NCBI GenBank assembly: GCA_046538485.1
Contig: JBKHIT010000004.1
Location: 101,875-165,874, forward strand
DNA: 64,000 bases
Direction of reading: 5' to 3'
Origin: Candidatus Brocadiia bacterium
GTDB taxonomy: Bacteria > Planctomycetota > Brocadiia > SM23-32
The notes under the pieces were generated by a model. That model was not told the DNA's origin, searched no databases, and saw only the letters and a list, made by a program, of their open reading frames with translations. A program made the position numbers and the translations under genes. Of this stretch, positions 40,955 to 50,210 are shown one piece after another (the stretch's first letter is position 1; the number at the start of each line of letters is the position of its first letter).

Positions 40955-40990
40955 GTACCTTTTTCCTTTGAAATCAATTTTGATTAAGGG

Positions 40991-41986
40991 CTAAAGATCC
41001 ATCTCATACGCTTTTCCCGTCTCGATCGAATCCAGCGCCATGTGGCTGAGCTGGAGGGTCAGGAGCGCGTCCTCTTCGTCCAGGTCCGGTTCCATTTCCC
41101 CTTTGACCACTTTCGCGAATTTGTCGATGCGACGGGGGTGTCCGGGGCTGCCGTCGAGCGGCCAGAGTTCCGTGTGATCCTGATGCCGCACTTCCATGTT
41201 GGGACCCTGTTTCTGCATGGCCAGCTCCGGTCCGACGACCCATTCATCCCAGCCGAGATTCGGAAAACCTTCCGGCATGCCCCAGTTCAGATACAACTGA
41301 AGCTGATGGCCGCCTTCCATCGCCAGTTCGATCGACGCCTCATCGATGGCGTAATCCTCGATGTGCGCCAGACGTTCCTTTCCCTCTCCGAACACTTTAC
41401 CGGACGCGTAGATCCGCTTCGGCTCAGTTTCTGTCATCCACCGCATAAGATCGAAAAGATGGCATGCCATGTCGATCACCACGCCGCCGTTGATGGACTG
41501 GCTGTGCATGGCCGTTTTCGGGCGCACTTCCATGAACATCGTGTAACGGAAGGTAATCGGACCACCGAACTCACCCGCCTGGAAAAAGTCGCGGTATTTC
41601 TGAAACCGATCCTGGTCACGCCGCTGGAAACACGGCATAAACACCACCTCGTTCTCCTGCACCGCCTTCACAATCCGCTCGCCGCCCTCAAGAGTCAGAG
41701 CCAGGGGTTTTTCGCCAAAGACATGCCGCCCATTCTCCGCCGCCAGGCAGGTCACATCGGCGTGCAGATTTGTCGGCACGCACTGCGACACGACATCGAC
41801 ACCGTCGTGCAGCACGGCATCCTGCCATTCAGTATAAGGCGTCGCGCCGGTCTCGTCCGACACGGCCTGCAAGCGCTCTTCATCCGGATCACAGACGGCC
41901 ACCACCTGCGCATCGTCGCGATTATTCCATACTTCGGCGTGTTTCTGGCCACGCGCACCACAACCGATCACACTCACACCCATCAT
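40991..41986 (-). CDS. Gfo/Idh/MocA family oxidoreductase
   Basis: IGCGARG, HVFGEKP, GG..ID...H..D; start at 41986 after an AGGGAG RBS. Confidence 0.92.
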   Translation of the reverse strand: MMGVSVIGCGARGQKHAEVWNNRDDAQVVAVCDPDEERLQAVSDETGATPYTEWQDAVLHDGVDVVSQCVPTNLHADVTCLAAENGRHVFGEKPLALTLEGGERIVKAVQENEVVFMPCFQRRDQDRFQKYRDFFQAGEFGGPITFRYTMFMEVRPKTAMHSQSINGGVVIDMACHLFDLMRWMTETEPKRIYASGKVFGEGKERLAHIEDYAIDEASIELAMEGGHQLQLYLNWGMPEGFPNLGWDEWVVGPELAMQKQGPNMEVRHQDHTELWPLDGSPGHPRRIDKFAKVVKGEMEPDLDEEDALLTLQLSHMALDSIETGKAYEMDL

Positions 41987-42286
41987 TGCCAGCTCTCCCT
42001 CAGCTATGAAAAAAGTGCCCAAACTATCTATTGCCGGCTATGGTAATCGATAATTCACCACGTGCAAGTCAAAATCAGGATATTCTGGTTTTTTAGGCTA
42101 AAACGTCCCTTGTGGTTCCTGACCCGCTGGAAACCACCTGAAGGGACAGGGCAGCAACGGCCGAATAAGTGGCCCGATTAGGGACTGGGCCACCCGGTAA
42201 TTGATCGACACATTTATTCGATCATCCCGCGCCGCCGTGAACACAACCAGCAAGTAACGGATGAAATCATTTAATTTTCGGTCCGC

Positions 42287-42904
42287 TCATACTGATCCTG
42301 ATTCTGGTTCCAGCATCTCCAGATTTATCATCATCCGGCGCACGGCGCGAAGTCCGGGTTCCGGTTTGCGACGGTTTATCATACCGCCGGAGAAGTTAAC
42401 CAGTCCGCCCGGAAACTCGATAAGAACGGCCGGTTTTCCCATCTGGTAGCAGTAACTGGTGGCGGTTATTTTAGGCAGAGAATCGCCTTCCCCCGCGGAT
42501 CGGCGTGGCTGAGTGTAATGTTGTGGCTGTTGCAAGAGCGTAAACGGCAGATCACCGGCTAAAGCCAGTTCTCGCGACTCAGTATCGTCAACCGGAGCAA
42601 ATGACGTCGTCGACTTGTAATGATTAAAGCAATGGAGATCAATAACATGCGTGGCACGCGGAAGCAGTTGTTCGGTGAGCGCATGATACCAGCGTTCTTT
42701 CTCATTGCCATCGGCTTTGCCCGGCCAGGTCTGGTTTTTTGAGATAACGCTCCCCCAGATATTATCTCCTTTTCGTACACCGGGAAGACAGGCAAAGGGA
42801 GCTATGACAAGCCGGCCGCGCTCCAGCCGGCGCTTTTCCATAGCATCCATGAGCCGCAGGGCAACCTCACATCCGACCTGTTCTCCCCCGTGTATTCCGC
42901 CCAT
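42287..42904 (-). pseudogene. Succinylglutamate desuccinylase/aspartoacylase (M14) family fragment
   Basis: GIHGGE and IDLH zinc motifs, WPGKADG, IE; begins directly at the first motif and lacks the usual N-terminus and C-terminal domain. Confidence 0.65.
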
Positions 42905-43370
42905 ACCAGAGATGCACGGCGTCGTAGGTGAATCCGACGCATCGTCCGCTGTGGACGGGCTGACTGTAATCGATGGCCTGCGGCGAGATATCCAGTCCCT
43001 CGCGTTCGGGCCGGGCCGCGCTCTCCCAGTCGCAGCCGAGTCCCCATTTCCCCAGGGCTGCCGTGTCGTAGCCGCATTCCTTCAGCATACTTGCCAGCGT
43101 CACACGGTCTTCCTCGATCCAGGGCTGCTCGCCCGGCGACGGATTGCCCGATTTCCGGGAGGTTCGCCAGGAATAGCGCCCGGTCAGAATGCCGTAGCGG
43201 CTGGGGCTGCTGATTGTGTCGGAGGCGTGGGCGTTGGTGAAACGCATGCCGCAATCCGCCAGCGCGTCTATATTGGGCGTCGGGATCTTGCATCGATCAT
43301 CAAAACACCACACGTCACCAAAACCAAGATCATCAGCGTACATCAGCACAATATTTGGGGTATCACTCAT
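42867..43370 (-). pseudogene. Arylsulfatase 5' fragment
   Basis: PNIV..ADDLGFGD, TPNID.LA..G..FT, SSPSRYGILTGRY, GKW.LG; homology stops at about GFTY and runs into the M14 fragment. Confidence 0.8.
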
Positions 43371-43723
43371 TTTCGAAACCCGTGGAAAAGGAATGAGGTC
43401 AAGCAGACCCTTTATTATCTTCGTGGGGATTTGGATTTGAAAATTGCCTCAGCCTCCTTATTGGTCAGAGGGTTGGAAAACCCCATCTACAGTCAGCTGA
43501 GGCAGAAACGTTGCGGACTTTCGCCGGCTTTTTAAGTTCGGTGGTTATCCAACTTCAGATCGTAAAGGTTAGGTGGCATCCTCCCGCAAATGCGAAGCAG
43601 CAGGGGAAGTTGGATGATGGACATGGGCCGCCACAGAATAGCCTCGGTGGTTTGGTTCACAAACCCGGCGTTGTTGCAAAGAGAGAGGTCCTGTGTGGTC
43701 AGTTCGCTCCCCCATTATGCTGC

Positions 43724-44602
43724 CTACCAGTAATATGGCCAGGACCGCGAACTACTGAATTTGAGCGCGTAATGGGCTTTGTCCCAATCTGCCGGATTGA
43801 CTCCGTATTCAAAATTCCGGCCCATCTCATCCGGCTTCACCCAGTGCACACTGCCGTCGGTCAGGCCGCGATTCGCCCCCAGCAAATTATTCCGCAGATA
43901 TTGTGGCCCGGCATTCGTTAGCGTCCGGTCCCGTCCACCGCCGTGATTCATGCGCGTATGGCTGTTTCCGCTGCTGTCCAGACTATAATAATTGGTGCCA
44001 TCGGCCAGAAAGACTTTTGTTCCGGACTCCCTGAACGGATAGACATCTGGCACAGTCGGTTCCCCGTACTGTTCATCCAACCATTCACTGGATGCATACG
44101 TCACCCGTGACTCCAAGAAGCCAGCCAGGTAGACGAAGTCCTGATCCCACCAATAATAGTTTTCGTACCCTGATTTGTCGAAAGTGATCTGCTGTTTTGT
44201 ACTCGGGCAATCAATCAAACTTTCGTGCCAACCGTAATCCTGCATGGGCAGTATCAGCGTCTTGTGGTCGAACTCATCCGGCAATTCAGGGTCCAACGGT
44301 TCATAGTCACCGGTATCACAGTGCCATGGACTGCAGAAGTGACTATCATGAAACGGCACACGTCCATCCCAGTCGTTGGCATACAGTATCAGGCTGGTGA
44401 TCATCTGGCGGACATTGGAGCCGCATACGGTCTGTCGCGCTTTCTCTCGCGCCCTATCCAATGCTGGCATTAGCATCGCCGCCAGAACGGCGATAATAGA
44501 AATCACCACCAGCAGTTCTATTAACGTAAACGCACCCTTCACTTTCGGAACCGTGTCATCCCCTGGCACATAGCGCCACGAAATTCCCATATACCGGTTC
44601 AT
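43724..44602 (-). CDS. Second prepilin-type N-terminal cleavage/methylation protein (DUF1559-like)
   Basis: [32 protein letters not shown]...C.SN, CPS, NH...[16 protein letters not shown] at 44602 with a GGGAGG RBS. Confidence 0.9.
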   Translation of the reverse strand: MNRYMGISWRYVPGDDTVPKVKGAFTLIELLVVISIIAVLAAMLMPALDRAREKARQTVCGSNVRQMITSLILYANDWDGRVPFHDSHFCSPWHCDTGDYEPLDPELPDEFDHKTLILPMQDYGWHESLIDCPSTKQQITFDKSGYENYYWWDQDFVYLAGFLESRVTYASSEWLDEQYGEPTVPDVYPFRESGTKVFLADGTNYYSLDSSGNSHTRMNHGGGRDRTLTNAGPQYLRNNLLGANRGLTDGSVHWVKPDEMGRNFEYGVNPADWDKAHYALKFSSSRSWPYYW

Positions 44603-44639
44603 ATGAGCCCTCCCGTTACTAAACACGTGTTATGTTACG

Positions 44640-44668
44640 ACTATAGGGGCTACTTTCAGGGAAATCAA
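44640..44668 (-). promoter_or_regulatory. sigma70-type promoter of the second prepilin gene
   Basis: Minus strand TTGATT, 17 nt, TATAGT, followed directly by CGTAACATAACA. Confidence 0.6.
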
Positions 44669-44867
44669 GTACAATTTTCGTTTGGAGGAATTTGCGCTGT
44701 GGTCCGGTTCGTGGTTTGGTAAGCGTGGATTTGCTTGTTGGCCGCGTTCTGAACCCCAGTCCCGCAGGGCAGTTCTGAAGTCCAGTCCGCTCACGGGAAA
44801 CGTAGACTCGAGTTCAGCTGAGCCCGCCACCAGCGGGCGAAACTGAACTTGAGCCGGGCCAACGCCA

Positions 44868-45026
44868 GGTTCTGTCTGATAATGCGGGAGCAAGCGTCCC
44901 GCATCGGCGGGAGGTCGGCGCGGACGCCGAAGCAGACCTATCCACTGGAGATAAGCCAATACAGGCGGACAAAGCCGGCCGCGAATGCAGCCGCCCGAAT
45001 CCAGATCCGCATTTTCAGACAGAGCC
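44868..45026. mobile_element. 159-bp MITE-like element with 20-bp terminal inverted repeats
   Basis: GGTTCTGTCTGATAATGCGG (44868-44887) vs the reverse complement of 45007-45026, GGCTCTGTCTGAAAATGCGG (18/20); non-coding; no clear target duplication. Confidence 0.6.
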
Positions 45027-45196
45027 TAAGCCCGGTGGCGTGAAAAGCCGGATCTTCAGTCCAAACGTAGTACTCAGCGGCTTTCAAAGGCGGATTATTG
45101 GGTAAAACATTTCTCTGCCTATGCCTAAATGCCGCCTGCATAGGTACTTCTGCTCAACGCAAATGGCTCTCGTTTGACACCTCGGGCCCTCAGCCG

Positions 45197-46267
45197 TCAG
45201 GCATTTCCCCTGGCCTTCAGGCTTTTCCGTTCCACCAGTTCCCCTTTATAGCAGTAGCGTTCCCCGTTTTCTGCCCCTTCCTCGTCCAGCAGACGTAGCG
45301 TTTGATTTTTCATCGTCTCTACCGGCACGCGGAGAGTCGCCAACGGAACTTTCAAAGCGGAAGCTACTTGTTCCCCCGACCACCCCACCACCGATACATC
45401 CTCAGGAATACGTATACCTTGCTTTATAAGATTGGTCATGAGATGCCCTGCCACCTGATCGTTGCCCACGCAAATCGCGGACAGCCTATCGTTTCCCGCC
45501 CGGCCCTCGGGCTCTAAATTTTGTGAAACCACCCACTCTGCAATCATCTCCCCCATTCGGGCGTAATCAAAGTCCGTTTTACCGAACACCAGCACGTCCA
45601 GCCCCTGACTGCGCATTGACGCCGCGATCTTTTCCCCAGCACCCGGAAACCAGATTCCAATCCGGCGGTGTTGAAGTTGACGGAGTCGATTCGCCAGTTG
45701 GAGAAAGGTCCCCTCCCGATCCACCCCTACAAGGTCCAATCCAGCATCAAGGAGTCGTTCCTCATACTGACCGAACCCGTATCGGTAGTTATAGACCACT
45801 ACGTGTTCGAATCGGCGGAGCAACGGGATAATCCCGTTGGGATTCCGAATTTCATAGGTATCTGCATCAGCATGCAGCCAGACCAGATGCGATACGCGCC
45901 GGGCCAGCATTTCCCGAAGCCCCTCTTTCTGTTTCTGCGGCGGCAGAAGCATCGTTTCCAGCCAACCGGACTGCGGGTCGGATAGTTCGCCGGACAATTT
46001 GAGAAATGCGTCCGTCAGGTGGCTGTACAGATGCCCGCTGAACAGCAGGCCGGTCACTCCAAGATCTCCCCCATATCGCAGATTCCGCGCCCCACGCGAG
46101 GGAACATACCCGATACTCTCCAAGTATTTTCGCACCCGATCTTCGGTTTTCTCTGAGATCCCCCGTTCTCGCGCCTTGTCATTGATTACCGTTGAAATGG
46201 TCAAGCGACTCAGCCCCAACTCGTCGGCAATTTCCTGCATTGTCGGCATTCTACGTTGAGCGCTCAT
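45197..46267 (-). CDS. LacI-family transcriptional regulator
   Basis: TMQEIADELGLSRLTISTVIN HTH, GYVP..AR.L hinge, ND..A, IPEDVSVVG. Confidence 0.93.
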   Translation of the reverse strand: MSAQRRMPTMQEIADELGLSRLTISTVINDKARERGISEKTEDRVRKYLESIGYVPSRGARNLRYGGDLGVTGLLFSGHLYSHLTDAFLKLSGELSDPQSGWLETMLLPPQKQKEGLREMLARRVSHLVWLHADADTYEIRNPNGIIPLLRRFEHVVVYNYRYGFGQYEERLLDAGLDLVGVDREGTFLQLANRLRQLQHRRIGIWFPGAGEKIAASMRSQGLDVLVFGKTDFDYARMGEMIAEWVVSQNLEPEGRAGNDRLSAICVGNDQVAGHLMTNLIKQGIRIPEDVSVVGWSGEQVASALKVPLATLRVPVETMKNQTLRLLDEEGAENGERYCYKGELVERKSLKARGNA

Positions 46268-46516
46268 TCCGCTACATTTCTCCGTCGATAAGAAACCCTT
46301 TTCACCGCATACTCCCAGGCATCAGAATTAGCCGTCTACTCTAATGGTAAAAGCCGTGGTGGTCCATTCTACGGAGAATTTGGGCCATTTTTTGCCAAAT
46401 CCAATGCCGTTTGATTACAGAAGGCCCTTCACAGCTTTTCTAAAGCAAAAATCCAGTCTGGCACACTTTTGACATACCGCAGACAAAACGACAAGGTTGT
46501 TACGTTCAACATACCG

Positions 46517-47911
46517 CTACGTCTTTTCTGATCGCGATAGTCCCCCGCCGGCATCGGGCAGATCATACATCGCCATGATATAGGGATGATCTTCATCGTA
46601 TTCGGTAAGCGGCGTGGCATCTTCGACGCGACCGATGGGACGGCAGTTTTCGCCTTCCATCTGACGCGCACCGTCGCCCAGGTCGCGGCGGGCTTCGCTG
46701 GCGATCTCCTGCAACTTTTCTATCACATGCGGATGCTCGGCAGAGACGTCGGTGGTCTCACCGATGTCATTTTCCAGATCGTAGAGTTCCTCCACATCCT
46801 CTCCCCCGCGGGAAACGTGGAGTTTCCAGTGTCCGGACCTGACGGCCTGGAGATTTTCGACCCGGTAGAAATAGAACTCACCGTAGGGGCTTTCGGCATC
46901 GTCATCGCCGGCCATAAGGGATCGGATATTGTGGCCGTCGATGATCCGGTCGTCCCGGGGTTCCGTCCCCGCAATATCGGCAAAGGTTGGCAGGAAATCC
47001 ATGGCGGTTGTCAGCTCTTCGCAAATGCTACCGGCAGGGATCTGTTTCGGCCAGCGCATTATGCACGGCAGACGCATGCCGCCCTCCCACGTGGTCCCTT
47101 TCGTGCCTCTCAACGGATCGTTGCTTCCACCCCATTGGCCGGCTTTGCTTCCGTTGTCCGAGGTGAAGATGACCAGAGTATCTTCTTCCAGACCGAGACG
47201 CCGCAGTTCGTTCATCAGCACGTCGACGCTCCAGTCGATACACTCCACCGCGGCCCCGTATCGGCCGTTCTCCGACTGTTTCATGAATTGGTCGGGCGCA
47301 AAAAGCGGGAGATGCACGTACATGTGAGCAAAATACAGGAAGAAAGGCCTCTCCTGATTATCCCGGATGAAGCGGATGCATTCCTCAACGTATCGTTCGG
47401 TGAGCCCCGCCTGATCGGGTTGTTCCTGGATGACTTCCTCATCCCTTAGAAGCGGCAGAGGCGGTGCGTCCTCCCGTCGACCTTTCTGTCGGCCCATATC
47501 GTTGCTGTAGGGAAGTCCATAGTAACTGTCGAACCCGTGCCGGGTCGGCAGAAATTCCGGTTGATCGCCGCAATGCCACTTGCCAACCAGTTTCGTGGCG
47601 TATCCCTGCTCCTGCAGAAGTTCCGCCACCGTCACCTCCTCCTCACTGAGGCCCACGCCGTGGCCAGGGAACAGAACCCACGCGCCTTCGAAATTATCAA
47701 ATCCAATGCGGCGCGGATAACAACCGGTCATCATTGCCCCTCGCGAAGGCGAACATACCGGAGCCGCCATGTAAAAATCCGTGAACCGCATTCCTTCTTC
47801 CGCCAGCCGGTCAAGTGCCGGGGTCTTGTTGCACCCCGATCCGTAACAGGCGAGATCGCCGTATCCCAGATCGTCACAGTTAATCAAAATTATGTTCGCT
47901 CTTTCACTCAT
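46517..47911 (-). CDS. Arylsulfatase A-like sulfatase (Cys-type)
   Basis: DDLGYGD, CSPSRGAMMTG, GKWH, PYSND, SDNG, KGTTWEGGMR; no signal peptide. Confidence 0.95.
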   Translation of the reverse strand: MSERANIILINCDDLGYGDLACYGSGCNKTPALDRLAEEGMRFTDFYMAAPVCSPSRGAMMTGCYPRRIGFDNFEGAWVLFPGHGVGLSEEEVTVAELLQEQGYATKLVGKWHCGDQPEFLPTRHGFDSYYGLPYSNDMGRQKGRREDAPPLPLLRDEEVIQEQPDQAGLTERYVEECIRFIRDNQERPFFLYFAHMYVHLPLFAPDQFMKQSENGRYGAAVECIDWSVDVLMNELRRLGLEEDTLVIFTSDNGSKAGQWGGSNDPLRGTKGTTWEGGMRLPCIMRWPKQIPAGSICEELTTAMDFLPTFADIAGTEPRDDRIIDGHNIRSLMAGDDDAESPYGEFYFYRVENLQAVRSGHWKLHVSRGGEDVEELYDLENDIGETTDVSAEHPHVIEKLQEIASEARRDLGDGARQMEGENCRPIGRVEDATPLTEYDEDHPYIMAMYDLPDAGGGLSRSEKT

Positions 47912-48103
47912 GCTTGCGCACTCCTATCTCAGCAAAAGCCGCATTGTAACGGGCCGTCTGTCCGCGACAAAATGACCCGCGGGAAAATGGTTGGCCACCC
48001 GAGGCAGACGCTGGTTGTTGCCAACAGGGGCAAAAGGGACTGGGACCAACAACTTGCAGATCGAAGGTGCTAATCAGGTGTCCTTTATGTCCCTTTGGTT
48101 TCC

Positions 48104-48775
48104 TTACGTCACCTGGAGATCTTCCCGGCCCATTCGCGGGCCAATTTCGTCATAACGCTCAACACCAATCACCCCTGAGAATTGCCGCACGCCATCTGGG
48201 ACCCAGATGCATACACCGTCCATCCCCGGGAGCGTCTTAGAACCCCCCAAATGCTCCTCTATAACATGCGCCGCATCGTCATTCCCCTTTCGAGCCGCTA
48301 TGGCAACCGGATACCGTTCCCACCGGTCTCCGACAAGAGGATCAGCGCCTTTTTCCAGAAGAAGCTGGCAAACCTGCGCATTTCCGTTCCTGGCCGCGAA
48401 GTGGAGAGGCGTCAATTCGTTTTCGTCCCGGTTTTGAATATCAACCCCCTTTTCCAAAAGCAGGGATACCACTTCTGCGTGCCCCGAAGCGCAGGCAAGA
48501 TGGAGAGCAGTCTTGCCCTCGGGACCCGAAGCGTTTAGATAGTCCGGATTTTGCTGAAGCAAATCCTCGGCCATTTCGATATTGCCACTTTGAACGGCTT
48601 CATGAAACTTTGCAACGGCCGGAATAGCCTCGCTCTTCTCTGCTTCAGTGACAGCCCGTTCCGTCTGTCGTTTTTCGTACTGACAACCCCAGAAGGCGAA
48701 TACGAAAGCCACGCTCAATATCCCCTGGATAAACGCACAACGCAGAACAACTTGCCGTTTGGATTTGCCCGTCAT
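48104..48775 (-). CDS. Ankyrin-repeat protein, possibly a lipoprotein
   Basis: About four ankyrin repeats (GKTALHLA, TPLHFAA...G...LL.KGAD); hydrophobic N-terminus ending FWGC; start at 48775 after AAAGGA. Confidence 0.85.
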   Translation of the reverse strand: MTGKSKRQVVLRCAFIQGILSVAFVFAFWGCQYEKRQTERAVTEAEKSEAIPAVAKFHEAVQSGNIEMAEDLLQQNPDYLNASGPEGKTALHLACASGHAEVVSLLLEKGVDIQNRDENELTPLHFAARNGNAQVCQLLLEKGADPLVGDRWERYPVAIAARKGNDDAAHVIEEHLGGSKTLPGMDGVCIWVPDGVRQFSGVIGVERYDEIGPRMGREDLQVT

Positions 48776-48981
48776 GGTCGTTCTTCCTTTTATGGGGCTC
48801 CGCATTTCCCTATTGTAGTGAACATACCTGTCCCAAAAAAACATTTTTCACGGCTCCGATTTCCGCTTCCACCTTGAAACGCAGATACGACCCCCCTACT
48901 ATTATCGGGCAATATTCGCGTTGCACACTCGGTGCAACGCCGGCCAGTTAGGTTTTTTTTGCAGAAAAAGTTGAGATTGAA

Positions 48982-50058
48982 ATGAGCGCAATTTTGTACC
49001 GTGAAGACATGGACAGAGTCAGGGAACGCCTGACGACCTGGTGGAATGGAGGGGACATCGGTCGCCCCGCGATGCAGATCACCGCGCCCCGCGCGGAACC
49101 AATTGAAGATATCAAGGTAATGCCGGAACCGGAAGGGTGGGTCACCCGCTATTCAACGAGTAACTTCGAATACCGGGTGAACTTGAGCGCTCGAGCCTGC
49201 ATCAATCGTTACTTTCTTGCCGACGCCGTTCCGTCCGTCTCTCCGGACCTGGCGCCGAACTGCCTGGCACTGTTTCTCGGGTGCAATGGCGTCGAACGTG
49301 ACGGCACAGTCTGGTGCGAACCGTGCGTCGATGAGGCCGAAGAGATCGAGTTTCGGTATGACGAGGACAACTTTTACTGGGATTTTTGTCTGCGGCTTGC
49401 TCGCGAGCAACTGAGTATTGGTGAAGGAAAATTTTTGCTTCAGCTTCCCGACTTGATTGAAGGACTCGACACACTGGCAGCAATGCGAAGCACGAACTGC
49501 CTGCTGACAGATCTGATCGAACGTCCCGACTGGGTCCATGATTGCCTCCGCCAGATTACAGACAGGTATTTCCATCACTACGACATTCTCTACGATATGA
49601 TCCGTGATGAAGTGAACGGATCGATTTTCTGGGCCTGGGCGCCCGGAAGAATGGCCAAATTTCAGTGTGATTTTTCGGCCATGATCTCCCCTGAAATGTT
49701 CGGCGAATTCATGGTGCCGGTGCTCACAGAGATGTGCCAGAGGGTCAATTACAGCATGTATCACTGGGACGGGCCCGGGGCTATACCCCATCACGATCAT
49801 CTTCTCTCGATCGATCCGCTGCCGATGTTGCAGTGGACACCCGGCGCGGGTCAGGAGCCCACCTGGCACAGGAAATGGTGGCCGATGTATCATAAAACTT
49901 TCGATGCTGGCAAAAAGATGTTGATCAGCTGCGATACCCTCCAGCACCTGGAAGATTTAAGACGCGAATTCGGGGCGGATATGAAAATGTTCCTGATTAA
50001 CATGGGAGTTGAATCGCCCGATGAAGCCGAACGAGCCATGGAAATTGCGAGTTTTTGA
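48982..50058 (+). CDS. URO-D/methyltransferase-like TIM-barrel protein of unknown function
   Basis: D.L.AMR...L.D, QCDFSAMISP.MF.EF..P, YHWDG, QW.PGAG pattern. Confidence 0.7.
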   Translation: MSAILYREDMDRVRERLTTWWNGGDIGRPAMQITAPRAEPIEDIKVMPEPEGWVTRYSTSNFEYRVNLSARACINRYFLADAVPSVSPDLAPNCLALFLGCNGVERDGTVWCEPCVDEAEEIEFRYDEDNFYWDFCLRLAREQLSIGEGKFLLQLPDLIEGLDTLAAMRSTNCLLTDLIERPDWVHDCLRQITDRYFHHYDILYDMIRDEVNGSIFWAWAPGRMAKFQCDFSAMISPEMFGEFMVPVLTEMCQRVNYSMYHWDGPGAIPHHDHLLSIDPLPMLQWTPGAGQEPTWHRKWWPMYHKTFDAGKKMLISCDTLQHLEDLRREFGADMKMFLINMGVESPDEAERAMEIASF

Positions 50059-50210
50059 AATAATACGCTCCATCAGCAAAAAGCTTTTTTTTGCTTTTGC
50101 ATCACCGGCTTCGCTATAGTGACGGACCTTGAAAAATTCGTTTTAGAAATGTTCCTCTCGGAGGAACTCGTTTCTCTTTTCTCTTTTTTCCAATCCCTGG
50201 AGTCATCCCG

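Noticed and set aside
37877..42046. Long plus-strand ORFs 37877-38854, 38955-40043 and 41042-42046
   Set aside because: They are antisense shadows of well-supported minus-strand genes in GC-rich DNA and carry no recognisable motifs.
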